A stretch of 64,000 nucleotides of DNA from assembly GCA_028023455.1 (NCBI GenBank), contig JAQFVV010000007.1, positions 13,206,001-13,270,000 of the forward strand, given 5' to 3'. Each line of letters opens with the position of its first letter. The first letter of the stretch is position 1. The position numbers and the translations under genes were made by a program. The stretch is from Epiperipatus broadwayi. Lineage: Eukaryota; Animalia; Onychophora. This document shows positions 26,700 to 40,507 of the stretch, piece by piece. The notes beneath the pieces were generated by a model. That model saw nothing but the letters and a program-made list of their open reading frames with translations, searched no databases and had not been told where the DNA came from.

Positions 26700-27060
26700 C
26701 AACCACTATCAACACTACAGTTTAATTGTTTCTCCAAGTATTATTAAGTTTCTTCAATCATCCGTCTCACTTGTGATCTCTTTCTAAGTCTTTTACAATA
26801 TCTTGATATCTAATTTAAGACTTCTATCTATTATCATCTCTTCTAGCTTAATAAGCCTAGCCCTGACCTAGGTCCATTTCAGTCTTTTTATTTTCAATAA
26901 TGTCGGTGATACCTATTTGTTCTCTCTCCTATGCATTTAATTTTGTCTCTTTTGTTTCACCTATCATCTATTGCACCATACTTCATTGAGCAGTTCGACA
27001 TCTTTCTATTGCTCTTTTAGTAAATGTCCAAGTCTTATATCCATTAATGAATAAACCTGA
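26700..27060 (-). pseudogene. Degraded RTE-like LINE 3' fragment
   Basis: The minus strand gives NGYKTWTFTKRAIERCRTAQ*SMVQ*MIGETK, then IGITDIIE..KRLKW, the typical RTE C-terminal pattern. Confidence 0.6.
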
Positions 27061-29989
27061 CTTTGTGATTTACTATTGACCTTGTTTATATTTGTAAATG
27101 TAATTATATATAAATAATTGTAAGTTTGTAAAAAACATTAAATTTAATGTATTTTGTTATTTTTAAAGTTCTTTCTTTCCATTTATCGGTTTAATAGCAT
27201 TAATATTCACATTTTGTAAAATTGATTTTATCTCACTATTTTATTATTCAAATTTTATATTCTTTCATTACATATTATTTTTTCTTTGCTCCAAATTCTT
27301 TTTTTTTTACTAACAATTATTTAATTTTAAACATTTTGTTTCTTTTGTTTATTAAACAAATAAAAAAACGTCTGATGTTAATTAGCATTTATAGATTTTT
27401 TTATTGTTTTCCAGTTGCAATTAGCAGTTTTTCTTTGCAGCTATTCATTAAATATCTGACCATTTCTTAGTAATTAAAAAAATAAATTGATAATTTAAAT
27501 AAAATATCAACTTCACACTTTTATCTGTTTTTTTAACTCTAAGCTTGATATTATTGATGCTATGTTTTCAAATCATCATCAGCAATTATAAATTCTTTAA
27601 TCATCATAGTTAATACAGTTCTACAAATCATTGCAAACCACCCACATCTCCATTTTCCAAATGCTTACTCTTTCTTTCTAACCTTTATTCATTCATCAGA
27701 TTGTTGTATACATATATTACATTATGCACCTACTATTAACACTTTAACCAAGCATATGATTTAGCATTTCTTATCTTAAAAGTGGGATTCTTTCATGCAT
27801 CTATATATTAAATAGTTATATATTTGGAATTCTGATAGTTTGAAGTGTTTGTACTTATAAAACAAGCATTTTCTATATAGAGTAAAAAAAAAAGTAATAT
27901 TTTATGATATGTAAAAAAAGTAAATATATGTTCTGCTAAATTATAGATAGGTATGTAATTGAAATATTTGTGATTATAAAATAAATAAGTAATATATATA
28001 TATATATATATATATATGTGGAATAAAAAGTATAGTCTCTAAATTGTAAGATTTTATGATATTTCAAAATGTAAACAATAGAAGGAAAAAAGAGATGGCT
28101 AAAATATTTAACAAAAATTATCGATCAAAGTAATAAAATCTTTATATTCTTTTGTTATGTAAAATATTTTTCAATCAGATAGAAAATAAAAATTATTATT
28201 CATCTATTATATTGTTCAAATATAAAATATTATTGGTAATAAAAGTTGAAATTAAAAACTTTTGAAAGCATGGTTAAATTATCTTGCCTGAAGCTGGAAG
28301 TAAATTGAGGATTTTTCTTCTACTTTTCCACGTACTAATCAAAAAAAGTGTGAAAATTAAGATTGCTCTCTGATTGCAGCTTCCATCTACAAAAAAGTAC
28401 TGAAACAACAAAGTATTATAAAAATAGTAATGAATAAACATCTAGAAATTTGAAATTGGTTAAACATTAGGAAGCAAAAACATTAACATTTTAATGGATG
28501 CAAACTATGAATAGCATACAATGTTCAACCATGCAACTACAAGATGTGTTGGCTGTATTTACAATATTGTTTTAAATGTCAATTCCAATTCTTTGCTTAT
28601 TTTTAAGTTTTCAAATATATTTATAATCAGTTAAAATGGATTTCAATATTATTAAAATGCTTACTAAATAATGTGTGTTGTAAATGTAAAATGGAATATT
28701 GAGGGATAAAAGTTGGTATAACATATATCATTTAGTTTTGCTTCTGTTATTTGCATTATTATAAGCTACTGCCTATCTATAATTGAAGCAATAGTAGTGT
28801 TGTGTTTAATGTGTGATTATTATGATAAACACAAAGTCAAAAAATATGTTTATAATATTTCTTACTTTAACAAATATACAATTGCATATTTACAATTTGT
28901 ATAATGTTATATCTTTAACTGATACTGTTGGATTGGTATAGCATTTAGTTGCAATGCAAATATTTCTGTAAGGGTCTTGAGGTAATCTTCTAAGTTTGTC
29001 TATCACTTCCATATACTGTGATAGCTTGCCTCATGATTAGGTATGGTTGACACTTGCAGCTGTACTATTATAGTTTGTCTCATGTGTAGTTATGATGACA
29101 CATTCAGTTGTATAAGAACAGCTTGCTTTGTGTCTGATCTATGTTCTAACATAAACATGTCTTAATGTTCATACTGGCATACATGTCCGACAGTAAATTA
29201 TTATAATTTCTTATATCTCCTATTGGACTGACTATTTATAACCAGATCATCATTCTAAAATGAAAACAATCTGATTCAATAAACTTTGTCACTGATTAGC
29301 CTACTACTGCCATTGTTTATATATTTTGTATTAATCTATCTATAGGTCTGTGGTGATGAATGATCACTTCAATCAAGATAAGATGAAATATGGACTAGTA
29401 CATTAGTTAATGATAAGTTGAGATTATAACAAGTAGGAAACTGGTTTGCTATCTTCCAACTGCTTCAGTTGGATTTTTGTGATATTCAGGTAATGCTGGT
29501 AGACAGTATTCCTGTAGTCATTAAAGTGCTCATACTCTATATACATATTTATACCTTGATTACAGATTTTTATAATGTGTGATACTTTAATTTTTACACT
29601 TTATATCACAAGTGTGAGTGTTCAACAATTATCAAACATTTTGCTACATTAAAAGTGTCTGATCACTAATTAATCATGATTAAGTAAATGACATTAGAAT
29701 CAAAAACTACTTCAGTTTAGCATCTTGTGTGACTTAGGGAAATAAGTAATTCATTAATTCACTGTTATTATTAGTATTTCTAGCCAGAGGAATAAATTGT
29801 CTACAGTTAATGAAGAATTGAGTAAATATATAGTTGCTCAACTAGAGTAAAATCTTTATAATTGTTCAAACATGTTGATTCAAGTTCAAACTTTAGACTG
29901 ATTTGAATTTGTATTCTTATCTTGAATAATAAAATAGAGTTAAAACATGTTGAATGCTTGACTGATTTGCTTCCAATATTGAATGCCAA

Positions 29990-30400
29990 AGCATTATTGT
30001 TAAAGACAAATAGGAACTGGTCTGAGAATGGGGATTTAAAGGCAATATAATTCTGTTAATCTCTGATTAAATAGTTCTAAAGCACTATTTGAAGCAAAGA
30101 TATAGAAATTGTGAGCATAAACTATTTTTATTACAAGGAAAAAATAGATTCTCTGATCATTGAATAAAGGAAGGGATGAGAACATCTTTAAAAGAGAATT
30201 AGTGATTATAAATTACTGTATGTTGAAAGATTTAATATAGGTTTAATTAAAGGCACCTTAGCTAAGCCATGTTTTTGTTGTATAATTTTATGTATAGCAA
30301 TACCCTATAATATTATCAGACATGGCAGTGTCCTTTGAATGAATAAAGAACCTAGAGGAAATGCTCATGGATTGAAGCTTGCATGTGATACCTCTAATGC
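29990..30400 (+). pseudogene. Possible very degraded LINE RT fragment
   Basis: ggaactggtctgaga (GTGLR, TGLRQG-like) plus purine-rich coding-like composition. The rest is eroded. Confidence 0.25.
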
Positions 30401-32833
30401 TTGATTATCCACATGACTTTATTAGCAATTAATTATTTAAACATTATTACATGACAATAATGTATTTTTTTTTTATAGATTGCTTGCAAAAAATAAAATT
30501 TTATCAATTTCCAGTAAAAAATGTCACCAACAAATGTGGTATTATGTTAGTACTCATCAAGAAATGTATTCATAAATGACATCACTATTTGTAGAAATAT
30601 AATTAAATAGTTTTATTACTTAAGATGTAATACTGGAAGTCCAGTGCTGAGCCACATTCTATAGACTTAGAGCTCCAGTGCCTGTCACTGGTATTGCATT
30701 AACCCATACCAAGTAAAAATACTCAAATTGTTTATTGATCAGGTATTCTCAAAAAGTTCAAGTACCAAAAGTCCACTTACAATCCATGGACTTTGAGTTG
30801 TAAAATCTAAAACTCTACCATTTCACTATTGTAAGCAGAATAAAAATACATCAATAGTTTATTGCTGAAGTTTGAACAAGGGACAGGACATAACTGATCT
30901 ATGACCTGTGAACCTCTGACTTCAGATTAGTCAGAGTGAATTTCATTATTTGAAAAGAATTTCATGTATAATGGATTTTATTATTTTTAAGAACATCTTT
31001 GAAGAAAATATTTGTTGAGATTGATTAAAGCTGTTATAAGCCATTTTCAGAAAAACCAAACAACAGATTCAAATGCATATTTATTTTGAATAATTGTTTT
31101 CAATTATCTTTTTGTATTATATAGATATGATTGTTTAGGTTTTGCAATAAGGAAACACATGTTAAGATATTCATTAGTATACTTTTTAATGTTGTTTAAT
31201 GGTAGAGGATTTTAATTTACATAGTTGAAATATATATGTTTCTATGACACTTTTTCTTTAAAAAAAAAAAAAAATTTTGGAAGTACATCATTTGGTTTAG
31301 TTTTTAATATACATTATAATTTTTTGGCATATTTTGAGATATAGTGATGATAATATAACCTAATACACTACTAACATGTATAGTCTTATTATTTATATTT
31401 AGTTTTAGATATTTCAGAATAAAGATGAAATATTTTACACAAAATGTTTGAGTAAAACTTTCTGTCTAAAGTATCTGCAGAGCCATTTCTGAATTAATGC
31501 ATGTGTTATGTTGCAACATATTTTCACCATTTACTACAAACCTTTTAATGCCATAGTATCTTAAAATTTCTGTGGTGCAAAGCTAAACTCTCACCATGTA
31601 GCACATGCATTGATTCAAATATGGTGTAGCAGGAACAGTGGTAGTAAACCAATCATCTTTTCACTGTAGTGTGTATGAAGATGATGGCTGTAATACAGCT
31701 GAAAGCATGCTTCTAAAATAAGTAATGCTTTTTCACAACTATTTTTATAGTATTACCATTGTTACTATATGCTTCAAGACAAGATAAAAAATTATATATA
31801 CATAAGGGTATTTCAGCCTTATAATGTATCCATTACTGGATAAATACTTACAGAGTTATATTTAATGATTTAATGTTAATTTCGAGAGTATTTTGTAAAT
31901 ACACATAACATTTTTAAGCACTGATAAAATGATAGACTCTGAAGCTATGGACTAAAAACTCAATTCTATTACTTCTAAAACTCAAATTTTCTATGAGCTC
32001 CTAAGTAAAAACAATTCAATTACTTTTTTATAAAAATTATTATCAGGTACAAAAATATGCACCATTTATTAATCAAACTAGATTTACTCACCTTTATATA
32101 TACTACTCACTTGAATAAAAGAGATATTGTTATAAATAAATATATTACTTCACTTTTTTTTTGCAATTCGCCTTCATAGAAAGTTTTTTCTGCTTTAAAT
32201 AATTGGATTTTTTTTTTTGTTTTTTTTTCTTAAACAAAGGAAAAGGAAACACAAGAATTTAACTAGTGAAGCATTTCGTACATCTGGTTTCAGAAAGTTG
32301 ATGACCTTTTGATTATTTTACTAAATTTTATTTTTTATTTGTAGTTGTATATCATGTCAGAGCATCTGTAATAATATAAAAGTGTCTAATAATGAAAAAA
32401 AAAACATTTTTGCCAGATAACTACTGGTGTCTGTAGTTGAATTATTGAACACCCACAAAGACAATGAACTTTTTAACAGTAAATTAAAATAAATATTTAT
32501 TAAGAGGTAAGCTGTCGTAATGTTCTCTTTGTAAGAAAGTTATCAAGATGATTTAAGCTTCAATTAGAGGATAAATCTATTATGCTGAGAAAGTGTATTC
32601 AGAAATTTATTCTGAGAATGTGTTTGTTCGTATGTTTACAAATAACAAAAAATAACTTGTAAATGCATATTGTCATTTCAATTTTAAAAAATGAAAGAAC
32701 GGGGGGGTGGATACTCTAGAAGTGAATTTTCCTATGACTATACAAACAAATATGTTAACCATAAGTACATTCATGCATAAAATATGCTGATTTATTTTAC
32801 TGTTTATTTAATAATTTATGATGTTTTCTTTTA

Positions 32834-33470
32834 ATTAGAGGGGATTTGAACCCAGACATACAAGCTCCTTTTAGGCATCGACTGATACCCATGACCACAT
32901 ACATGTGAAAAAAATAAAAGATATCCAATGTACATATTTCATGCTGAACTACCATCACCAATTGATATGTAACATCGTCTCCCACTCAAATATATAATCA
33001 GTGCTCAGTTTATATTAAGATAGCAAATATTTAAACTTTAATGGGCAGGTTTCAATCTTCTCCACTCTCCAACTTTTTAATGATCCATATAATTGAAAAT
33101 CTGATGAATGGCATGTAAAAAGCCTTTGTTTGCCAATATTGTTATCATAACCATGGTGATCAAAAGTCATTCTGATCTCTCATATGTAGGATCTTATTAA
33201 ATATACAGATGAGGGATGGACAGAATACAAGCTGAATCTGTAATATTTCAATATGAATATAGTATATATATTTAAGCTAGATGTAATTAGAGGAATTTGA
33301 ACCCAGACTTAAAAGCTCCCTTTAGTCATCCATTTTATACAACTGATACGCATGACCACATACATGTGAAAAAAAAATCTCATATATATTTCATGCTGAA
33401 ACACCACTCTTCAATTGGCCTGGATCATTATCTCCTACATATATATAATCAGTGCTCAGATCTCTTAATT
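32834..33470 (-). mobile_element. Hammerhead repeat family tandem dimer (cores near 32924-32966 and 33379-33419)
   Basis: Two units both start attagag(g)g(g/a)atttgaacccagac (32834, ~33286). Their cores are ~452 bp apart. Confidence 0.75.
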
Positions 33471-34779
33471 TCTTCAGCAGAAAACTTTACTTGCATTTGC
33501 AAAAGAAACATATATATTTTATTTGTATTGTGGATTAAATTGGATTCCAATCTTATAACTAAGTCATACTTCTTATGCAAATATTGTTTTGTATAATTTT
33601 TTGTTTTTGTTTTACACAAAAAATGTACAATGTTTGAAATCATATTTTAATTTTCTTAAACATAAATGTACTATTGTGCTCCATTACTGATATATATTCA
33701 TGTATGTGTGTGTGTGTCTGTAAACACATTTAGATAAATATTCTGAGAGAAGTATACTAAATGTAATGTGGTTATACAGACATAATGTACTTGATGTTTA
33801 CCCTTTTTATATGATTTCAATATTTAGTTACATGTTTTTTTCTTAATTTTATACAGAAAAATGTACAATGTTTGAAAATCTGTTTTTATTTTTTATTGCG
33901 CTCCATTATCGGTTTAAATTCATCCACACGTGTGAATATTGTAAGAACGTTTAAATAAATACACTATGTTGAAGAATTTCAAAGATTTAATGTGGTTATA
34001 CAGACAAAGTATATAGGTTAGGGTTTTATCTTTTTTATAAGATTTAGGTATTTATTTCTGATTTAAACCTTTGTCATTAAAGTAACATTATATCATGGTA
34101 ACTATTGACCTACCCTCTCTGTGTTAATTAGACGCTCAAAATTGTCAGAATTATTCATCTCGGTCAATGTAAATAGGGTATTAACATTATTATTTGTATA
34201 TATTTATAAACATTTTAATATACATATGTATAAAAATATTTTAAGTTCTCATGATAAAAGTCTTGTAGTGTCTCACATGCAAAATTTAAAAAAAATTAAA
34301 AATTTAAAATTAAAAATTTAAAATTATTGTTTACAAATGTGTAGATATTACAAGCCTTAATGGTTGATTTAAAAATTACAATACACCTTCAAAAATGTAA
34401 TAATCCATTGTCTAAATTTAATGAATAAAATACTTTTATAAATAGTTTTTTGCTATGTTAAGAGTTATGTTACAGTTTTTGTATTCTGCTTTTGATAAAT
34501 ATTCAGAATGATGTTTAAAATAACTAATTATTATTGAATCAAGTACACATAAAATAGTTTGTAGTCATATAGTCAATTTATGTTTTAACACCTCATAATT
34601 ATTTAATTCCATATGGTGTAACAAAATTCATCATTTCTCTTTTGGCACTTAATAAAATTTGAAATATTTATAAATCTCTGATGAAGGTTACAAATCAACT
34701 GAAATATTAGAAAAAATAAAAATTGTCTTAAAAAGTGGAAAAGTGAATAGTGCAATTTATTAAAATTATAGTTCTAAAA

Positions 34780-35300
34780 TTTATCCATATATGTTCATCT
34801 ATTTATTTATCTGCCTATTTATTCATTTATCATCTATCAATACATCTGGTTTCTCAATCATAAACATAAATTTCTATTCATTTATATATCTATCTGAGTG
34901 ACTGCTTATCTGTATGTTTGTTTATCTATTTACTTACCTATTTATTTATATAATTGTTTACTCATCTATCTATATAATACCTGTTTTCTACCTATTTATT
35001 TTCTTCTCTTTCTACCTATCTACCTAATTTTGCATTCCTCTTTTATTTTATACCTATCTACTTGCCAAACTATCCACCTCCCTCCTTCACTCTCTTTTTC
35101 CCTCATTTACTACATATTACATATTTTTACCTACATCTTTCCCTCCCTCTCTCCTTTGTTTCCTACATATGTACCTTCTCCTTACATACCCATCTATCTA
35201 ACTACCTGTGTGTCTGCCTGCCAATATATCTACCACTTATTATATATTTGCCTTTCTACCTAGCTGCCTGCTCATTGACTGATTTAACCATTGACTATCT
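34780..35300. repeat. Degenerate (CTAT/TCTA)-type low-complexity tract
   Basis: Repeated tatc/ctac/ccta tetramers. The ORFs over it are compositional artefacts. Confidence 0.7.
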
Positions 35301-36829
35301 ATCAAGTATCCAAATGGTAGACTGAGACATTCATTCAATCAAATTAATATTTTTAACATTCTATTAGTGTAGAATTAACACAAAAACATAAAGTCATGAG
35401 TTGACCATTTTACTATTTATTAATTCACAATATTGTTTTTTTTTTTAAATTTTTCCAGAAATATTGTATTGCATTGTTTTATTAATAGTAAATTCTTACT
35501 ATGTGGATGTAGTTATCTTCTCTGATGATTATTTTATCATCAAAACATATTTATTAACTTTCAATTGATGATTTTTTTATTATAAAAACTAGGGAATTAA
35601 TTTTATTGGCCACATACTAAAAGTCTGAAGTAATGTTATTCATCAATTACATTTGGAGTGTGTTTCTATTCAAAAAATTAAAACCCTCAATAAAGAGAAC
35701 TGTTTTAATTTAGTTTCTAAACATCAATTTATTTCACATTCAAATTGATAAGATGTAATGAAGAATTAAAAATAAAATTAATAACTGAAGAAAAATATTT
35801 GAAAAAATAGCCAGTGATAAAACAAAATTATTATATTTCAACCAATCATTACATGACATCACCAAGGATTTTTTTTTTCTTAGAAATTACGATCTCTGAT
35901 TATTCATTTTTGTTGTTTTTTTCTTCATCTGAAATTTCATATTTTTAATAAAAATCTAAGTCTACACACATTATTAATCAATATAGTGTTAAAAGAAATC
36001 AAATAATACTTAAATATTTATGAACAATAGTTGTACAGTCAAAGACTACTTTCTTTTTTTTCTTCTAAAGTTTAAAAATTTTCAAATCAAAGTTTATATT
36101 TAAATAAATGAATGTAAAAACTTAATTGTCAATGTAAAAAAAATATGAGAAATATATTTATTTATGTTCAAAAGTTATTGCAAAAGCATAAAAAATTTGT
36201 AAAACATTTTGGTTTGATTTTTAACTTTGACATCTAGACACACCTAATGGACAATAACTGGAGCTCAAGAGGCTGTACTATATAACAATAAACAGCAATA
36301 AAAAAAGCAATTTTTGTTCAAAAATGATTGCCAAATGCAGATTTTTTTGAAACTAAAATTTTAAACATGCAATTTTCTACCAAATAAGCATAAAATGATG
36401 ATTTTGCGGCCAAAACTGACCAAGAGGCAACTAAAGGACAGTTCCTAAGTGTAATAATTGAGGTGTTTAAATAAGCAATGTGAGTTTTTGACATCATTGT
36501 AACTGTAGTATACTCATGCTTTTATGCTCATATCATTGCTCATTAATAGATGGGGTTAGAATATAAAAAAAATTGGGAGTTTAAGCTTAGATAGTTATCA
36601 GTATAAATTTATGAATTATTTCATCTATTGATAACATTTAATGTGGAAAAGTGGATTTAGATATAACATGCATGCTGTTGTATTAAACAGTTTAAAATAA
36701 TAGTTTATCACAGTGATAGAATTACTGCAAATAAATTAAACTACATAGCATTGTTGTTATTTTGCATAGTTATCAGTAGACTTTGCTCTGCAGTAGCTAT
36801 TTAAAACTGTTTTGTTTTGACTTCTTTTC

Positions 36830-36885
<56 letters not shown>

Positions 36886-38948
36886 GCATATGGGTATAAA
36901 TTGTAAAACAGTTTATCATTCTTAAATAGGTTTGTGATTTTTAATTTTAATATTAATAATAAAATGTATTTGTTATTAACATAATCTAATTATTTTAAAG
37001 GCGCTTCAGGTGTGACGGACAATCATTTGTTCAATCTGTATGCTCTTCAACTTTCTGGATATGATCTTACAAAATCTACTATTTTAAGATCATTTCTTTA
37101 TTTGATTTAGTGAATAAAATAAATTAACAATAGCAGATTTCTCTGGAAAATATTTTTTTATGTATTTAAGCATAATATGGGAGAGACAGATCTTATTTAT
37201 GTATTTAAGCATACTATGGGAGAGACAGATCTTATTTATGTATAAAGATCACTTTAAGTACACTCTAAAGAATACAACCTTGATTATTTTTATATAAATG
37301 AAATAAAATGGAGGGATACAGTTAAGAATAATATTTTCAAAAAATCAAATGTGTTGTGTCAAGAGGTAAATGACAGCGTCGCAAATTAACGTAAAAGCAT
37401 CATGTAATATGTATGAATTGTTTTATAGAGCCATCGCAAATATGGTATTATTTGAATATGCAAAATTAAACATCACTTGTATTAATACACTTAAATTTTG
37501 TATTCTATTCTGAATGATGATTTTTGATAGTCAATCCATATTTTAAAATAACCAAAGCATTCATAATTGTTTTTATAAAACAAGTTGTTTTTTGTTTTAT
37601 TAAAAAAACAACTAACAGCTTAAATGTTTTCTGATTGGTATTTAATCAGATAAAAGACATTCTGCTATCCAAGCTAATGATCTGAAAAGCTTAACACCCT
37701 AAGAATCAAACTCAGATTAATTTTTGTCACTTTTTTTTAATTATCCTTACGTAACTTTTCTGTAATGTCTTCACCGATTTTTCCAAATCTTATGGGATTG
37801 TTTTTTAATTGCCACTAATAAGTGAGGGGAAAAAAAGTTATTTACTTATTTTTAAAATTAGTTAAAAGAAGATTAATAATTTTTTTTTTCAATAAGTAGA
37901 TTATAAAGTTTCACAAAATCTATACACATTTTTTAATTTATAAACTAATTACGTTTTTTTTTTTTTTTTTTGTTCGCTTGCAGTAATTGAAGTTAAAAAT
38001 ATTTGAAGATTAATTAGTTATAAAGATTTGCTTTTATTTTATTTTTAATTTTGCAAATACATCATTTTAATGACAAAATTTATTATTTTGTTTTTCAGAA
38101 TTAAATAATAATAAATCGTTTTGCTAAAAAATATGATAATTATCATTAAAATTACGATTGAACTTAATAAAGTCTTCATTATTAATATAAATATTCATAC
38201 TAATAAATGATAATAATAATTACAAACGAGGTAACAGTGAAAAAGTCATTTTATTTTTTTAATTATATTTATTTGATTTTCATATAATCATATTTATTGT
38301 CATATTTTTTTGAATTTCAGAAGCCATAATGCCAGCAATCAGTAAAATCAATTAATTCTAGAGGGCAGCACAGCTGAATTTATAGATTATGTTGTGGAAA
38401 TGGGGTGGACAGGATTATGGGAAAACTTAGAGTGGGAAATGGAAAGGGAAGATAAAGTGGCTAACAGGTTTCTCTGAGCATAGTTGCTGAGAGATTCCTG
38501 ACTCCATTTAAGGAGAAGTCACAGTGCATCATCTCACATCACATCTTGCTATTTTTCTTTGATAAAATGTGTACGATGTCTTTATAGTTCCAATTATCCA
38601 AAGTTTTAAACCCAGTCAACCGCATGTCAGCCATATCTGTCTGATACAAATTGGCAACTTTATAGTTTAGTGGCTTCCCTTTTAATTTAAATGTAAGAAT
38701 TTTTGCCTTTTGGAACAAAAATAATGATAACATACTAATATCAAAAATTGCATGATGTTTCGCATGCTGCTAAATGGCAGTTATCTTTACTTTACTACAG
38801 AGTCATCTACTGTCAATGTAAGTAATCAATAGTTACAAGATGTCCAAATTATTTGCAAACTCTTTAACACAAGTATTATCACTGGGAATACATATATATG
38901 TAAAGTCTCAATTAAATCAGAAATTTGGAATGTTAAATAATATATACA

Positions 38949-39931
38949 CACCTGGGTCCCTTTCTATGTGGACTTATTTAACACGATTTTGAAGTTACAT
39001 GATTCCTGTTTCACTGGAAGTCGAACTCTGATAATGCGCTAGTACTTTAAGTAATAAATTTCATACTCTTATGTTATATTGAAAGTAATAGCACATTATT
39101 GGAATTCGACTTTCATCTTAGTAATTTCAATATTTTCAGTGCTTTATAATAGTAAAATTTTATGCAATAATGAAATTAAAATCATGATTTCCACAATTTT
39201 ACAAGATTATAATGTAAATTTGTTCAAACATTGTACTTGTTAATTTTGCATTTTAAATCACATTCTGTTTTTGCTTTTTAAAAAAGAATTAGTGTCCACA
39301 AGTTAATTTTTAAAAGGTCAGTAATAGCAGTGGAAACAATTAAATTTGACAATTAAAAATTAAAATCTGATTTTTAATTGTAATTAACAATTTAAAAATT
39401 ACTTATGGCAACTTGAAATGAATGTGATGTAAAATTTGATTTTTAAACGGAATTGAAAATTAAAGACAAGAATAAGATTTTAATTTTTAGTTGTTAGTTT
39501 CATAAACAATTAATAAAATCATTATCTCAAAGATTAATTACAAATTACGTTGTCACCAGAAAACCATTGACACAACATGAGTGTGAAGTTGGTGCTAATT
39601 GTTTGCAAACAAACGTGTTTTTCAGCAAATAGCTATAATAATTAAAACGTGTATAAAAAAATGTAAATTACTGTACTGTAAATTATGCATAAAAATATAT
39701 TATTTTGAATAAAATTAAATATTATAGTTAAAAAAAGTTTGTCTTGTATCAATTTTTTTCAAATTTGAAGTTTTTTATTAGTCATATTTTATTTCCTTAT
39801 TTTTTTTGCACGCGAATTTTGAAAAATCACAGACTGCATCTCCCCTTTTTCAATGTTACATCTATTTTTGCACGATTTCATTTGCGCATTTTCTGAGGAA
39901 TCTATCTATCACGTAAAATGAGACCCAGGTG
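38949..39931. mobile_element. About 1-kb non-autonomous DNA transposon (Tc1/mariner-pogo-like, TA-flanked)
   Basis: TIRs cacctgggtccctttctatgtg and cacgtaaaatgagacccaggtg lie in TA context. A second right-end copy lies at ~15100-15150 (aaaatgagacccaggtgta). Confidence 0.6.
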
Positions 39932-40037
39932 TATATATATAAATGCTTTATTATAATTATTTTTCTATAGTGCCATATAATATATAAGCAACTATGTGAA
40001 AGAATATATCACCTCAAAGATTACAAATATATAAATA

Positions 40038-40467
40038 TGCCTTGACAACAGTTTGAAATTCTTGATTGTTATCTATATTGGGATTATCTAAGTGCTGACT
40101 GCTTTCTAATGATTATTTATAAACCATTTAGCCTTGAGCATTACTACACTTATTATTTAAGTAATACTTTGGATGCAATTTGAAAGTTATTATTGTAATT
40201 TGTAGTGTTATAATTGACTATTTATCAGTCTGCATTTGGAACAGGTTGTATTAGCTGTTTAAGAAGGTTTATTTAAATTTCTTCCAATCAATAATTTTAT
40301 TCTCTGAAGTCAAGGTGCAATCTTTAGTGTCTTTATAAATATATTAGATCATTAATGGAGGTGGAATTCCACCTCTATTGCTAAAAGGAGGTTGCCTTGA
40401 CAACAGTTTGAAATTCTTGATTGTTATCTATATTGCAATTGTCTAAGTGTTGACTGCTTTCTAATGG

Positions 40468-40471
<4 letters not shown>
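40038..40471. repeat. About 78-bp direct repeat (40038-40116 and 40393-40471)
   Basis: tgccttgacaacagtttgaaattcttgattgttatctatattg...gactgctttctaatg occurs twice, 355 bp apart. Confidence 0.85.
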
Positions 40472-40500
<29 letters not shown>

Positions 40501-40507
<7 letters not shown>

